Below are positions 22,660 to 36,955 of a stretch of 54,170 bases of DNA, piece by piece. Under the pieces are notes generated by a model, which saw nothing but the letters and a program-made list of their open reading frames with translations, was not told where the DNA came from and searched no databases. A program made the position numbers and the translations under genes. The stretch comes from Chromera velia (lineage: Eukaryota). Positions within the stretch are counted from its first letter, which is position 1; every line of letters starts with the position of its first letter. The stretch is taken from the NCBI GenBank assembly GCA_018398765.1, contig JAHBMJ010000161.1, forward strand, positions 1-54,170. The letters are read 5' to 3'.

Positions 22660-25600
22660 CCTGGCATAAGATTCTTTCTTCTTCTGAGATGTTTGTCCTC
22701 ATTCTTGCCCTCTCTGACACCTTGGAATAGCATTCAGGTGAACTTTTTCCTTCCAAATTGATGAACCAATATGCGCCAACACCTCATTCACACTCTGCCC
22801 TGTTTTGTGCAGCTGCTGACATTCGAAGCTCCAAGAGAGTGCCCTCTCCCGTGCCATTCAAGCGAAGAGTGGAAGGCCACGCTCAAGGCAGAAGGCATAC
22901 CCGACCCCAATCCTCAGTCAGTCAGTTAGACAGTCAGTGATCTCATCTCTCTTTGAAATGATGAAGCGCGGCTAGAGATTAATATGCAAACGCATTTTTC
23001 TATCATTTTTGCGTGCCATTCGTTTGAATTTCTTCTATTCTTTCATTTTCTTCCTTTGTCTGTCAAAAGAAATCTCATGCAACTCAACGACAGGAGCGAC
23101 AGCCTGCTGCTGTGTTTCATAGAGGTGAATCCTTTTGTTGCGCTTTTCGGGTTTTTTGTCTGCCGGGCCATTTTTGATTTTTCAATCCATCCCGACCGAA
23201 CTTCATTGTACTGCAGGGTGACTTTCAAGCCCTCTCCCCTGACAGACCTCATCCAGGTGTTCTTAGAAAAGTTGGAACACAAACACGTCAAGTGCTTTCG
23301 GATCGTCTCCAGAGATGACAACTTTTGTCCGAACGTCAGTCAGTTAGTCAGTCAGTCTACCAGTCAGAAAGCAAGTCAACACAGTCAGACGTCGGCCATT
23401 GATCCCTCGGTGTGCCTTCAACCTCCAACGGCGACTACCTGGCACATCGATTGTTCGTCATTGGAGCCAATTTGAAGAATGAGTCAAACACCAAGTGAAC
23501 ATCATGCAAGCGGTACAAGCGACAGACTCAGAGTACAGAAAGATTTTGTTGACATACATTATCATCACGCACAAGGCCGGCAGTGCAGAAGAAAAAGAAG
23601 TGGAAAAGAGCGACGGGCCTACTTTGAGTGCCTCATTTGATATGCCTGCATGCTGTGTGCAGTCTTTCGTGAGGTGCCCTACCCTTCCGACGATGTGCTG
23701 TCGCGTGACAAGAACACCGATGCTGCAACTCTGTCCTGGACGCTGCACGAGGAGGCCGCCCCATCTGCATGAAATCAATCATCACGGTGGGTGGGTTGGT
23801 GGGTCTGCGTTTTGAGTCTTGAGAGGGAAACGAAATTTGGTCCTCCAGATTGGGGGGGCGATGAAATCCTTTCCCTTCCAGTGCAGTCGCTTTTGTGCCT
23901 CTACAATGTTGAGAACATGAGGACGGTGAAGGCGCTTAATGGAAAGATGTCCTCTCGGGTTGGGGGNGGGGGGGGGGGGCGCATTTTGCTCATTGCTTCT
24001 CTCCCTTTTCATCTCTGCCCCTTTTCTCTCAGGTCTGCCCCCTCCCCCATGCTACCGCGAGATGGAACAAGACTTCTTCTCGTGTCCAGAGGGTTGGATT
24101 CTCACTCTGAGAAATGAATCAAGTGGTCAGCAAGAAAGAAAAGGGGCCTCTACATGTGCCCGAATAGATGGGAAGGGAGGATGGGGGGGGGGGCACACGT
24201 GGGACGTGGTACCTAAATGGGAAGTTCTTCTTGTGTATATATTCTCTTTTTCTCTCTCTGTCTTCTGATCTGTGCACATCTTGTGCAGCCTCTTTAGAAG
24301 TCTGCAGGGTTACTTTCAGAGAGAGAGAGACGGGCAATGCTGTGAAGAAATTCACTGATGCCATGTGAGCGTTCTGCGTAAATTCATTTGACGCACGCAT
24401 CCTGCATGCAGAAGGCTTGAGCCCTGCACACGTGTGTGTGAGGAACGAGACGGCACTCCCGTCTCTTCAGTGTCCACCGGGATGCAATGCGAAGGTCCGT
24501 GGGGGGGGGGGGGGGCAGTTGGTGTCGTTCCAGTTGATCGCTTGGGGAAGATGAGGAGAAGTCGTGTGGGTAAAAAGCTGAGTGAGGAATAGAGAGAACA
24601 AGGCCTTGTCTGATTTGTTCTAATTCACACATCATGACGTTCCATAGACCATCTGACCGCTTGACAAAAACAAGAAGGGAGTGGCTGGGCGCAGTCAACC
24701 ATCACTTGTTTTCTTTAGCCTCGGTCCTCACCGTGTGAAACGAAAAAAGTCACAAATTTTCGTCCAAAAAGTGCTGATTTTCTCGTTTGTTTTTGACGTC
24801 CTCGTATTCCGCATCTCCCGTCTATTTGCTCGTGGAAAATTCTCTCTGTCACACTCTCCATGCTTCTCTGAGTCTCTTTCTTTGTCTGTCTGCAGGGACA
24901 CATCCCCCTGTCCAGCAGGACAAATCCTCTTCTCCCTTTTCTTCCGTTCTTTGCCTCTTCATTAGCGGATGACACCGTCAGTCTGTCTGTCTATCTTTTC
25001 TGCCCAAAATTTGACAATGCTTCTTGTTTGCACAAAACGCTGCATGCATGAGACGCTGGACGTCCTTCTGTAGACGACAACGATAGGATACATACACAGA
25101 GTTTGCGGATGGAGTTTGCGTTCCTTCGAAATGTGACTGTAGAAAAGAACAATCATGATCGACAGGAGTGGGGCACCACCAGATTTCAAAACCAAGTAAG
25201 TACTGCGCTCGACTTCCTCGTCGATCGATCGTCTTGAAATGAAAGGGCCTCCTCACGTGCCCTGCAGGATTGAGCGAGCCTCTTGCAAGCGATCCAAAGA
25301 TAGGAGGCCTTTTGTATGCGTCTTGCAGGTAACGGCAGGACATCACGGCTGTGAAATGCGTGAGCAGGTCAGTGGTGTGAAGCCATGGAGAGACCTTCCT
25401 GCTCTTTTTTTTTTGTGGTGTACTTCCTTCTCTTCCTTCCTGCATGCACAGTGGCTGAGCAAGTTATTAATAGGTCAATGGAATTAATCCGTCCCTCGTG
25501 TCTCTTCACGAATGCACCACAGATGCACGTGGATCGGTGTTGCACGAACTTCTCTTGCAGGCGAAATTTCCCCGTTTGTGTCCTTGGATGTCTGTCTGTC

Positions 25601-27005
25601 TGTCTGTCTGTCTGTTGTGGCTGTTCGTTCAAGTTTCTTGCAGAGGCCTGCAGATCCCTCGAACGTTCCCTTCTCTTTCTTTCTTTCTTTGCCTCTTCTT
25701 TCTTTCAGGTCACTTACAGAGAGTGCCCGGCTCAATACGCAGATGTGGGCACGGCCTGTCTTCAGAGGTATGTCTCTAGGTCTGGGATTGGATGCATTGG
25801 CACAGACAGTCTGCCGAAATACGGCCTGCGGGATGATTCCTCCTTACTCTCTCGGTATGGAATCTCCCCGTATCGTCAAGTCTGTCGCTTGCTCTGGTCG
25901 TTTTGGTGTGTGTTCCCTTCTTGTCACAGTCTCGTGGATTGCAGCCCGACTCTTTCTTCCTTTTGAAATGAATTACGCATATGCTGATTTGCTGATTGCG
26001 CATGTGTTGTCCATCAGGACCTCTCTCTGCAGGTCCAGATATCTCATTTAGCCATTCCTTCTTACTCTCCCTCCGTGCAGATCTGTAGTTCCGCGGTTTT
26101 GGAGGTGCCCGCAGGGGTGCGTAGAGGAGCAGGTCCGTTGGTTTGTTTGTGTTTTGTTTGTTCTCTGCTTGAAGGCTTGTTCAGGCACATGCATGCAGCG
26201 TGTGCGTTGTGTGAGGTGATGAATGCCTCTGGGGCAGTCCACTCAGTCTTCTTTCTTATCGACAAAGTTAGCTCGGCCCTTTGACTGGACCTCCCCTGCT
26301 TCCTTCCTTCTTTCATTCATTCATTCATTCCTCCCTTCCTTCAGTCTGCGGGGGAGGCAACACGAATTTGGCAAAGCAAGAATTGCGCTCTCTCGGAATG
26401 AGGATTGAGAAGCATGAGTAGATGGGCCCCACTTTGTTGATTTCTCTCGGTGCTGTGTGCAGGTGCAAACTAACAAACTGCAGAACATTTTCCCTGACTG
26501 GCACCAGTGGGACAGAAATTTCCCTCCTCCACAGGTCTGTCTGCATGTCGAAGGAAGAGCTGTCAGAGTATGGGTCACGGTTGAGGGCGGCCTTTCGATT
26601 TAATGGTCAAAAACTCCTCTCGCCCCATTGGGATTTGCAAAATTCTTTTGACTTGGTCTCCTAGCTAGACCTTCCCAGGTGTCTTTGCCTTCACCTCTTC
26701 TTTGTGTCTCTCCCTCCCCCTCCCGACCTCACCCTCTCGTTGCTCAGACGGACGACTGGAGCCAGGAGGCGCACCCAGGCCACTGTTTCAAATACGAGGA
26801 GAGACGGATACCCACGTGCGATTCAGTCAGTGGACTCAGTTTGCTCTTACATTGATTGTCTCCTCTTTTCTTCTGTTCTCTTTCCCCTTTCATGTGTGTT
26901 TGTCTTCGTATAGCAATGTCTCCTTTGAGATCACTTCAGAGTCAAGGTCGGCTTACGCTCGAACTGATGATTTGCAAAGAGAACACATACATCATTCATC
27001 GATTC

Positions 27006-27047
<42 letters not shown>

Positions 27048-27337
27048 ATCCCTTCGTGCAGCCATTTGAGTATTTTCCCGAGAGAAAGACGTGCCTGAGA
27101 ATGCGAAGATCATCCCCCGAGGGCCTGGAATGTCCTTTGGCCTCCTCTGCGGTTCCTGACGACACAAAAAAAAGTTCCGGGGACGGTTGGCCCTTCCGAT
27201 GCGTTGTGTTTGCAGAGCCTTCAGCAATGGCGGGAAAGACAAGAGAACCCAGACCTAGCCAGAAAGATCCAGATGAGGCAACTGGACTTGGAGAAGTCAG
27301 GGAGCAGTCTCTACAAACGTCAAGTGATGCGGGGTAG
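15125..27337 (+). CDS. Large multi-exon secreted cysteine-repeat protein, oocyst/cyst wall protein-like; exon chain not fully resolved
   Basis: Signal peptide MRILLLLLLWNAAA. Many short AG/GT-bounded segments encode CPxG-type repeats (CPEGL, CPAGW, CPEGF, CPPGF, CPPG, CPFGY, CPEGW, CPAQY..C, FEYFPERKTC). The last exon ends at TAG 27337, just before an AT-rich block. It could be more than one gene. Confidence 0.6.
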
Positions 27338-28019
27338 TATAGTGAAGAAGATGTAATATCATATGAAGCAGTATTTATAAATTATAAAGTTATGTGAATT
27401 AATGTGATATACATTAATTTTTGGATTGATGGAACCCACAAATTTGAAATGGATGAATTTCATAATTTAAATTGACATCAATAGAGATGCATGAAGTCCA
27501 TTGAATTTTATAGCTAGAATAAAAGTTGAATCGAAGTGTCAAAGCACAAAGCTATAAAGCAGTACTATAGCTAGTAAATCTATGAATCAATCAATCAACT
27601 TAATCAAGATATTAAGGCGTAGTAATAGATTTGTTAACATTCTCTAATACATATTTTATCATAGTATTGTGATGTTACTATTGCTAATTAACCTGGAAAA
27701 TGATTATGGCTATTCGCTGTTATGGCAGCCGAAATATAAACCAAATACCAAATTATTTTAACACATTTTTAATTTTTTATAGTGGATAAAATTTCAATTA
27801 CAAACCACTTTTATCAATTTGTATAAATTTTTGTTATACTGTGATTCGTGTTATGATTTTACACTGTTTTTATCATGAACACTATAATTATAGTAAAAAA
27901 TAATATTTCATTGGGCTACTATTATAGAACGTGATGTTAGCTAACTTTGAAGTGATGTTGGCTATGGCTTTTGGTTGAAGCTGCACGCTCTGTCCGTTTG
28001 CGAGATTGAATGCATATTT

Positions 28020-31000
28020 CTAGTTCGGTCCGTCTTCTTGCTGTCCCTTGATGTCCTGCTCTTCCAAGAGGAGCCGATCCTCGTCGGCAAAAGCCCTGCA
28101 CAAATGCAACACGTACAGAGAAACACACATAAGACAATTCAAATAGGGTGACCAACAAGCTGACAGAAAAAACATGCCGCAAGTCAGAGTGCTACACGCT
28201 GGCTCGAAACCAACAGCGAAAATACAACAATCCATCCGGCCATCAGGAGAACTGTGCAGACAGATACCACCGCATGAAAACAAGGAAAGAAAACAAACAA
28301 AAAGCCATCCCTCTCATTCATCCACCCACCCACAGAGAAACTCACCTGTGTATTCGCTCTTCCGTCATTCCTGCCTTCCGCATTGCCTTCCTCAGTTTGT
28401 TCAGGCACCGGACCTGCAAGGAATGAAGGCGTGCGAGTCAGATCGCAACACCACCAGACCGGCAGCGTCTCAGACAATGAAAAATCGCGGTAAACTCGAA
28501 CGCTCGCGAAAATAAGAGAACGAAAGTGAATACCAAGCTTCTTCTTCCACCAGAAACACAACAAAAACAGTCATGTGAAAACAGTGTATCATCCAGAAGT
28601 ACAGAGAAAAAGAAAGAAACGCAGAAGGGGTTTTCATTGAACAACTAAAAGATTTCGACGAACGAATGGAAGAGAGAGAGGATCTTTCCGTATTCTGCTC
28701 ACCCTCTGACGCCGCATACTGAGAAGCAGTTCCCCCCTGCAAAAACAGAAAACAAACAATTCAAAGAAGGAGACCACACAAAATGGTAGAAGCAACGTGC
28801 CATGCCCATGACAAATGTGAAAGGCGAAGGAGCACAAAAGGACACAGAAGAAAAAGTGGTTGCATACAAGACTAAAAACCTTCGCATTTCCTCTACCATC
28901 GCTCACAAAGAGTCACGGAAGAGGAAAATCAATCTCACAACTCCACTGCTGAAGCAAAGAAACAAAACAAAAACAAACAGGCTCGTGCACCCGTTCATAC
29001 ACACACACACACACACACACGTGTAGTTGAACCTAAAAAAAAAATCCCCTTTTCCCACCCCTCCCTCCTCCAACCTTTCCATCAGGAGGGGTCTCTGTTT
29101 AACTTTCTGTTTGGCTTCCTTCAGCCAGTCCCTGCAGCCAGGCAGGTAGACAGGCATGCACGTTAGCAAACGAGGGACAAGAATGAAGAGAGAGAAGAGA
29201 AGTACGCGCTTATGAAACAAATCAGGCAAGGAACGAAACACGACCAGACCAGAGAGGTCCAGAGGCTCGTTTCCCTTCCCAACCTTTCTCCACCGTGCCT
29301 GACGGGGCGTTTTTCGGAGAACCACACGGAAAGAAGCTATCACTATTCTTAATTCACCTCACCCACTGACCCACCAGTACTTTTCACTCGGTCGTTCTGG
29401 AGGGAACTTGCTGGCCCTAGGGTCTTGTTCCCTGCACCATGCATCCGTAGATCCACACACACATCCATCGTCTATGTTTCAAATTAGGTAATGCATTCTT
29501 CAGTAGGAGCAGACGCACAGAAACCTCAAGGAGGACGCTGGTGAATGAGAAAAATAGCTCGAAGAAGGCGACGCAAAGGAAAGTCACCAAATCACCTCGC
29601 AACACAACAACTGACCAAAGGGCCAAGAAACAAACATAGCGCATCCACCATCCACCTACCTGTCGATTTTGGAGAACTCCCTCTTGGTCTCCTCGTGGTT
29701 GTCTATGTGTCTCCTCACAGTCGAGTCCACGCGGTCCTTCAACTGACGAAAGTCGCCCTCAGTCCATCTGCACGGATGCAATCAAATTCGCTCATGCATC
29801 CCTCAGTCCGTTCATTCATTCATTGATCTATTCGTTGATTCTATCATGCATTTATTCATACGTGTGGATCCCAGCCGCAAAGAGGAAGCCAAGGGCCAGC
29901 TTGGCAGGCACGCAGACAGTCGAGATGGATCCATCCCAAGAGAGTGATAAGAGAGGACGGACAGAGGAACGTTCTCTTGGTTTCTCCTTCCTCTTAATTT
30001 TTCTTTCAGATTTTTCCTCCCGCCCGGAGAGAGAGAAAGACCTGCAAAGGAGGAAGGAGACTGACTGACTGACTGACGAGGGCACTAAAGTCCTTGGTAA
30101 GTGTTTGTGTTTCTCCTCTCTGCAATGTGCCATGAAGATCCTGTACCTGTCTTTTGCCTCCTGCAGGCAGACAGGCATCAGCCAATAGATATGACAAATT
30201 GATAGATAGATACACAGATGCACATGGATTGAATAAACAAAAGACAATCTTTCTCTGCTTATTGTATGTCTGTCTGGAAAGAATGTGCCCCTGGACGGTG
30301 CTTCATCATCTGAGGGACGTTCTTCAATGCGGTCGCAGAGAGTAAATTGTCAAGAAAATGATACAAGCCCATCCAATTCCAATTCCTATCTACCGCCTCT
30401 TCCCTCTATGACTCCGCTGCCTGCCTGACCATTTCTTCCTGCAACGTTCTCTGGAGTTCCTCTCGTTTCCTCAGCATCTCTTGGGTGTACTGCATTTGTG
30501 CGAGCGTCTTCTGGGTGTTCCTGCAAACACAAAGGGGGCCTCTCCAAACATGACATCCTTTCCTCCTTTCCTCCTTCTCTCTCGCTCTCTCTCTGCAGTT
30601 ATGTGTGGGGGTCCAAAAAAGGTTCCCAGGATGGAGCGAGAGAAGGGAAAGAAAAACAATGAAGGAGTTGGGGGGGGAGAAGAGAAGAAGAGGAAAAAGA
30701 GGAAGACCAGGATCGCATCAGACGAGACGACACAGACCGAACGATCCCTCGGGAGGTACAGAGATGCCGGCACGGTGTGAGGAAACAAAAGGACCAAACA
30801 GAAAGACGGAAGGAAAGAAAAGAGGAACGAAGGGAGGTGGCTCGATGGGTGAAAAGGCAGGCGCTGAGTCAATCAAGTTACAGAGCCTGTGAGAGAGAGC
30901 AACACGATCACAACGATTCACCAGCTTGCAAGCCTCCCTCCCTCCTTGCCGAGGGATTCAATCACGCCGGCTGGCAATTTAGTGAATATGACACCATGAA

Positions 31001-32943
31001 GCATCCATGTATCTACTCACTCACTCACTTACCGTGGGGGTGGAATAGCGGGCACAAGGGATGGCGCCATGGTCCTGCCGGATCCCGCTCCCTTTCCCCT
31101 TCTTCTCTGTCTGGCCGAGCGGCTTCGAATCATTTGGAGCCTCTCCTGATAGCTGCATCCGTCCATCCATCCATCCATCCATCCATCCATCCATCCATGT
31201 CGTTTGTCAATCTTTGTCAGTCATCCACAAAACGTATGGAGACGCAAAAGGCAGAGTGCAAACAACTGTGCCTTCATAGCTTCCTTTCGGAGACAGACTA
31301 TATGTTTCTTCTTCTTACAGACAGACAGACAGACAGTAAGGCAGCGTCAGCGTAAGAGAGACAGAAATCTCAAAGAGGCAGAACGAGCAGCAACAAACAA
31401 ACAAACATACAAAAGTGTCGAGGCAATGAGTGCGAACCCAAAGACAGATGTTTCTTTTTCTTGTTTTGGACAACCTTAAGAAAAAAAAAAAACAAGAGAC
31501 CCAGCCAAGTGGGGGAAGGGAGCAACTTACAATCGCATCTGAGGCATACTTGCACACGCCCTCTTTCCCTTGGTGGAATGCAGAGAGCAACCGGGCTGCC
31601 CTGCAGTGAGTAAGCCAGTCGACCGGGGTCACATTCTCAAATACAGGTAGAGATTGCGCCTTTGCTACACAGTCAAGTACGACAGAGCCGAAAGACTAGC
31701 GGCTCAAGGCTGTCAGAGACCAAACAGGAGAAACTGACAGGAAAAGCAACGAACACAAACATGCAAACCACAAATGAGAAGAAGAAGAAGAAGAAGAAGA
31801 AGAAGAAGGAACTCAATCATCTCATTCTGGGACGGGACGAGTCGCTATGCCGTTCGCTGAATTTTGAATCCAATGCGGAAACATGAACTGAAGCAACAGA
31901 ACAAAAACAAAAGGATTCATCAACCCACCGTGAAGAGCAAAAGGCTGCGGCACCGTTGTCCTTCTGCTGGTCTGTTTTCTCTTTTCGAGTTGGAACCTTT
32001 CTCTCTCGTGCAGTGAGAGGAAATCGGGAACTTCTCGAGTGGAAATTTGGGTGTTCTCCCGCAGCTGTTGAGGAGGTGCTTTGGCTCCAGTGTGTTTGCA
32101 TGCGAAGTGTGGTGTGGAATTGGGGAGACCCCTTTTGACCAGGTTTTTTCTCTGCCATTCCTGTTCCTCTCTCATCATGACATCTGCTTTTGGTTCGTCC
32201 TCTGCAAGCAGGCAGAGACAGCCAGAAATGCACACAAAAAGAGACAAAACAATAGTTCAGAAAACAGCTTTCTTTGTATTCAGGCAGAAAAGTTTGAATG
32301 GAAAAGGGTCTCTCTCAAAGAAGGAAACTGAGAACAGCGATCCGGAAGGAAGGAGCGCAGGAGGAAAAAAGGAGGCAATGGACGTCGGACCGTGAGAGAG
32401 AGAGAGAAAAAAAATTGCAACACCATTCCTTCTTCAAACTGGACGGAAGGCAGCCTTCATGCACCACTCCATCACGCGTGATTTGAATGACTCGACATGC
32501 GAATGTGAACGCGAAAGGGAAATACAAGGCGGCAAGGTTTCCGATTGACTTTTCCTGTCTGTCTGCTCACCTTTTTGTGGCCTCGGGAGGCTCGTTGCTG
32601 AAGAGAGATTGATGGAGATCGTTTCAGGAAGGACACGCCGAGAGGGGGCAGAGAGGGGTCTCGGGACCTCCCTGAAAGAAACAGAAATTGATTGACGGAA
32701 TTGATAAACGTGGGGGGGAAAGAAAACTGACTATCACAACTTACTGGGGGGGCAGGAATTATTTCTTTAGCAACGCAACATCGAGAATTTCTTTCTGGCA
32801 ATTCACACCGACTTCACAAAAATTCGTCTTCTTTTTCTGCTGATGCCAGCTTCTCCATCTCCGCTCAGGCTGAGGCTTACTGCGACCGCTTCAGAATTTC
32901 TCCTCCAACGAAGCACTTGTCTCTTCCATTCTTACTGCTTCTC

Positions 32944-32979
<36 letters not shown>

Positions 32980-33012
32980 ACATAGACACACACACACTCA
33001 CACACTACATAG

Positions 33013-33045
<33 letters not shown>

Positions 33046-33048
33046 CAC

Positions 33049-33104
<56 letters not shown>

Positions 33105-33105
33105 A

Positions 33106-33149
<44 letters not shown>

Positions 33150-34460
33150 GAGAAACACGAAGAGTCTCCCTCCCTCTCTCCCTCACTGACTTTCCTCCGA
33201 ATCCAATCTGGACCCCCCCATTTCTCATCACAACTCCCCCTCCGCCAAATTTTTTCGAACCAACAGGCCCCCCTCTTCCCACTCCATCCGACACAGGCAC
33301 ACCGCCACCAGCAGGAGGAGGAGCAGAAGAGGGGACCCACAGCCACTCTCCGCCCTCCCCAGGCACAGACACAGAGGGAGGCTTGGCTGAGCGTGTCGCA
33401 GGAGCGAAACGTGGTTGCGCAGAGCGTTGAACATCGGGAGACGGGCTTGCAGGAGTCGGGGGGAGGATCCGCACGTCCGTCTGAGAGGGTTGAGGGGTGA
33501 CGTTTGGGGGTCTTGTGAGGGTAGCGCCAGATGGCTGAGAGACAGGGCGGGGAGGAAGACCCTTAGCTCGGTCAGTCGCGTCTCCCGGGTGAACTGGGCG
33601 TCTCCCTGAAGCGCTTGAAGCCGGCCGAGCTGACAGCAGCAGCTGGTCGGATGGTGTGCTGCATCGAGACAAGAAAAGAAGAGAGATGATCGCTAGGCGA
33701 GATACAAAGAATGCGCTGGCAGACGAACGAAGAACATGAGAGAGATCCATGCAGGCAGGCAGGCCCTCTTGACTCGTCTCGGAAGGTTTGTGTCGAATCT
33801 TCCTTCTGCTCCTGTCAATCATGTATTCTATTCCTTTCCTTTCCTGACGAGGACCTTCCTGAAGAACAGAAAGAAAAACAAACAAACAAACAAAAACGAA
33901 CCTTTTCGGTCGTGACAATTCTTCCATTCTCCTAGAGAGACGGGCACTGTCTTTGAGTGCAACTGCGCGAGCAGCTATTCGTCTCCTCCTCTCGAGATCT
34001 GTGCGGACACACACATACAGACACACGCATATATGTACACACATGTACACGCACACTCATGCCTTGGGAAAGAGGGCAGAAAAATATTAGGTGGAGGAAA
34101 AAAACGAGAAAAAAGATCCCTGGAGGCAGCAACAGGCCAAAAACAGAATCGGCAGACAACGAAGAGACAAAGGAAATGGACCCTCCACTTGCATTGAAGG
34201 AGATAGACAGAGAAGAGAGGAGTACATAGAGAGCACGGGAATGACTGATAATGGAGCTACCCCACCTGCACGCGCCTCGACAGCAGCACGATCCTCCACC
34301 CCTCCAAACGCCGGACTCTGCATGCAGGCACGTTCCATCATGCACACAGGTGCATGGAAGCACCCGCTCTCAATCCCCACACCCCACACCTAGAGAAGTG
34401 CACGCACACACACGCGCACACACACGCACACACACACACACGCACACACACACACACACA

Positions 34461-34492
<32 letters not shown>

Positions 34493-35073
34493 CACAGGCA
34501 CGCACGCACATGGATGAATAGAAACAGAAGGCACCGAGGCAGAGAGGCCCTGTAAGCAGAAAGAGTAGCTTCTCTGAGGGGACACAGGCTGTGCTGAGGC
34601 ATGATCCAGATGAGGCAGGAAGGAAGGAATGTCTTTTTGTTTCACCCCTTCGATAGATGAAGATAGATAGATAGAAAGATAGATAGATAGAGAGGGAGAG
34701 AGAGAGAGAGACGCGGAAGAGCTGACCGAAAGAAGGCGCGCTCCCTCCGCATGCAGTGCCGCATCCTTGATGGCGGAGGGATGCGCGTTTTCTTCTGCTC
34801 GTCTCTTCAGCACCTTCAGAGCAAAAGAGACGCAGAGAGAGAAAGGTGAGCATGGGCATGGGATTCAACAAATGGGCAAAGGACATGGACTGAAAGAGAA
34901 GTTCGGCTGGAGAACCAGGAGGGATGCGGAAGGAAAATTTGGAGACAAAAATCACAGTGAACTGACAGAGACTGAGAGAGGAAAGGTTACAGCAACAGGG
35001 AGACGCACATGCGGAGAGGGAGAGAAGGGAGACGGATCGCAGAGAGATTCAAGGAACCGAGGTGAGGCGAAGA

Positions 35074-35117
<44 letters not shown>

Positions 35118-35748
35118 TTCTTCTCTTTTTCACGCATCGACCAGTAAAGAAAGACGGGAAAGAAAGAAAGAGAAAACAAAAAAGCAGCTGGAATGAAGAA
35201 AACAAAGGATAGATGTATGGATGGGTTTCTGACAGGTATTGGAGACGCGGAGTTTGCACTGGGGCCCCGTGTTGCGAGACACGCAAAAAGCATCTTGAAA
35301 AGCATGTAGAGCAGGCAAGAAGCGACGAAGACTTCAAGGAATGTTGAAGAATAGTCCGGATAGGCGTCACAGAAGAATTGAACATACCGACCCGGTCTCT
35401 TTTCTCTTTTTCCCGTGCCTGCATCTCCCTCTCGATCTCTCTTTCTCGAGCCGTTGCACCCACAGTCATTTCTTCGAGGACTCTTCTCCTCAAACTCCGC
35501 AGCTGGTCCCTTGCCTCAAAGGAAAAGGGCACCGGTTTGGTTGTCGTCTTCCGCGCCCCATGCGTTCTCTGCTCCTGCTGGTTGGGCAAGTGCAAAACCC
35601 TTTCCCTCACCTCCACTGCCGTGGTTCTGGGGGGCGATTGGTAGTAGTAGGTTGGGTGGTACTGAGAGGGAACTCGTGTCGGCGAGGAGGCACCTGCGTC
35701 AGCCGGTGAGGGGTCACGCTGCTGTTCGTACAGGGACCTGCAAGACAT
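28020..35748 (-). CDS. FAM161: FAM161-like (UPF0564) centriolar/ciliary microtubule-binding protein, multi-exon
   Basis: Exonic peptides TTKPVPFSFEARD, ERRRRIAARAVAL..SARLSRRM, TREVPDFLSLHERERFQLEKRKQ..RTTVPQPFAL and LKEAKQKVKQRPLLMER follow FAM161 motif order. The last exon ends ..EQDIKGQQEDGPN* at 28020. The start is tentative: a further GTAAGT donor at about 36171 suggests an upstream exon. Confidence 0.72.
32944..33146. repeat. About 200-bp (CA)n microsatellite in an intron
   Basis: Near-continuous CA dinucleotides. Many shorter (TG)n, (GA)n, (CGCA)n, (TCTG)n and (TCCA)n tracts occur in other introns, e.g. 17295-17350, 34400-34510, 35076-35114. Confidence 0.98.
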
Positions 35749-36955
35749 ATCAACTCGTGAAGTTAGAGCCCAGGACGCAATCTCAGACTGAGAGGGCACA
35801 AAGAGACAAACAAGGAGAGAAGAGGGAAGCATAGAATCCACATTCCAGCTCGCAATCGGGGTCCAGCGCAACAAGTTTGCCCTCACCAGCACGGCTGTTC
35901 AATTCAAATATTTCTGATTGAATGTCGCATCTTCTCTCTGATCTTGTCGTTCGGCCTACCGGATCTGGTCCAGTTGAGTGCTGAGAAACGTCCTTTGCGG
36001 AGGGGGTGATTCCATTCCTGGTGGAAGGAAGGGGGTCTTGCTTGTGGTGGCCCCAGATAGGAGATGGTCTCTGCAAGCCATACATTGAAAGAGCGAACTG
36101 GGTGAGGCATCTGTTGCACGCTCAGGCGAGGGGGGAGTGTTGTTCACACCTTTGGAGAGATGAAGACTTACTCTGGATACCACCGCTCTCTTTCATGGGG
36201 GAAGTCCATTCTCGGAGTCTATAAGGAAATAGAAGTTGATAGAAAGCAGAACCATGCAAGTCAACTGATTGTCAATGCAACAGGGGATTCGCGCCCTCAC
36301 TGGTTCACTCTTCCGTTGCCTTGCGTTGCCTCATTGTACAATGGCTGTCAGCATGGCCCGAGGCGACGGAGGTCCGCTTATCTGTGTTACACCAATGTGT
36401 GAGCGCAACACTGGCAGATATACAGCGAAACTGGAGCCTCGAGATGCCTCCAGCTCCCTATATACAGCTTGCAGGAAGCTCCAGTACATTTGATCTTTCA
36501 CTTCAGTCTGTTTCAACAATTTGTGTCGATCCTCGGCCCGCTCGAGCCCCGGGGCCGGCACTTTCTGCGGGCCGCGGAGTCGCCGCACGCGGGCAGCCCG
36601 GCCGGCACGCTTCTCACGCTCGCGCGAGACGCAGAAACGGATCGATCGTGAGCTTTGGGCCAACTCCGTGCGAGCTCTCCAAAGAAGGAAAATCGTATAT
36701 GAACATTTACGGGGCCGTTTCTCTTGAGGGGCACTCACGAAATTGTTGTGACAATTGCACGGTCAGTCCGTCCTCTTCGTACGCGATCTACCCGTTTCTT
36801 CGATCCTCCCCTCTTTCTCAGTCCATACAAAGCGGAACGGGGTATCCTCTATTCGCCTTGCTTCGCTTTTGTTGTCACGTAATCACTTCATTTGCCGTCA
36901 TTCGAATGAGTGGGTCTTTTCGGATAGACAGTTTTAGCTGTTCTTGATTGATTGG

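Noticed and set aside
32843..34955. ORFs with poly-(HT), poly-(CV) or poly-(RE) tracts resembling metal-binding proteins
   Set aside because: They are translations of intronic CA/TG/GA microsatellites.
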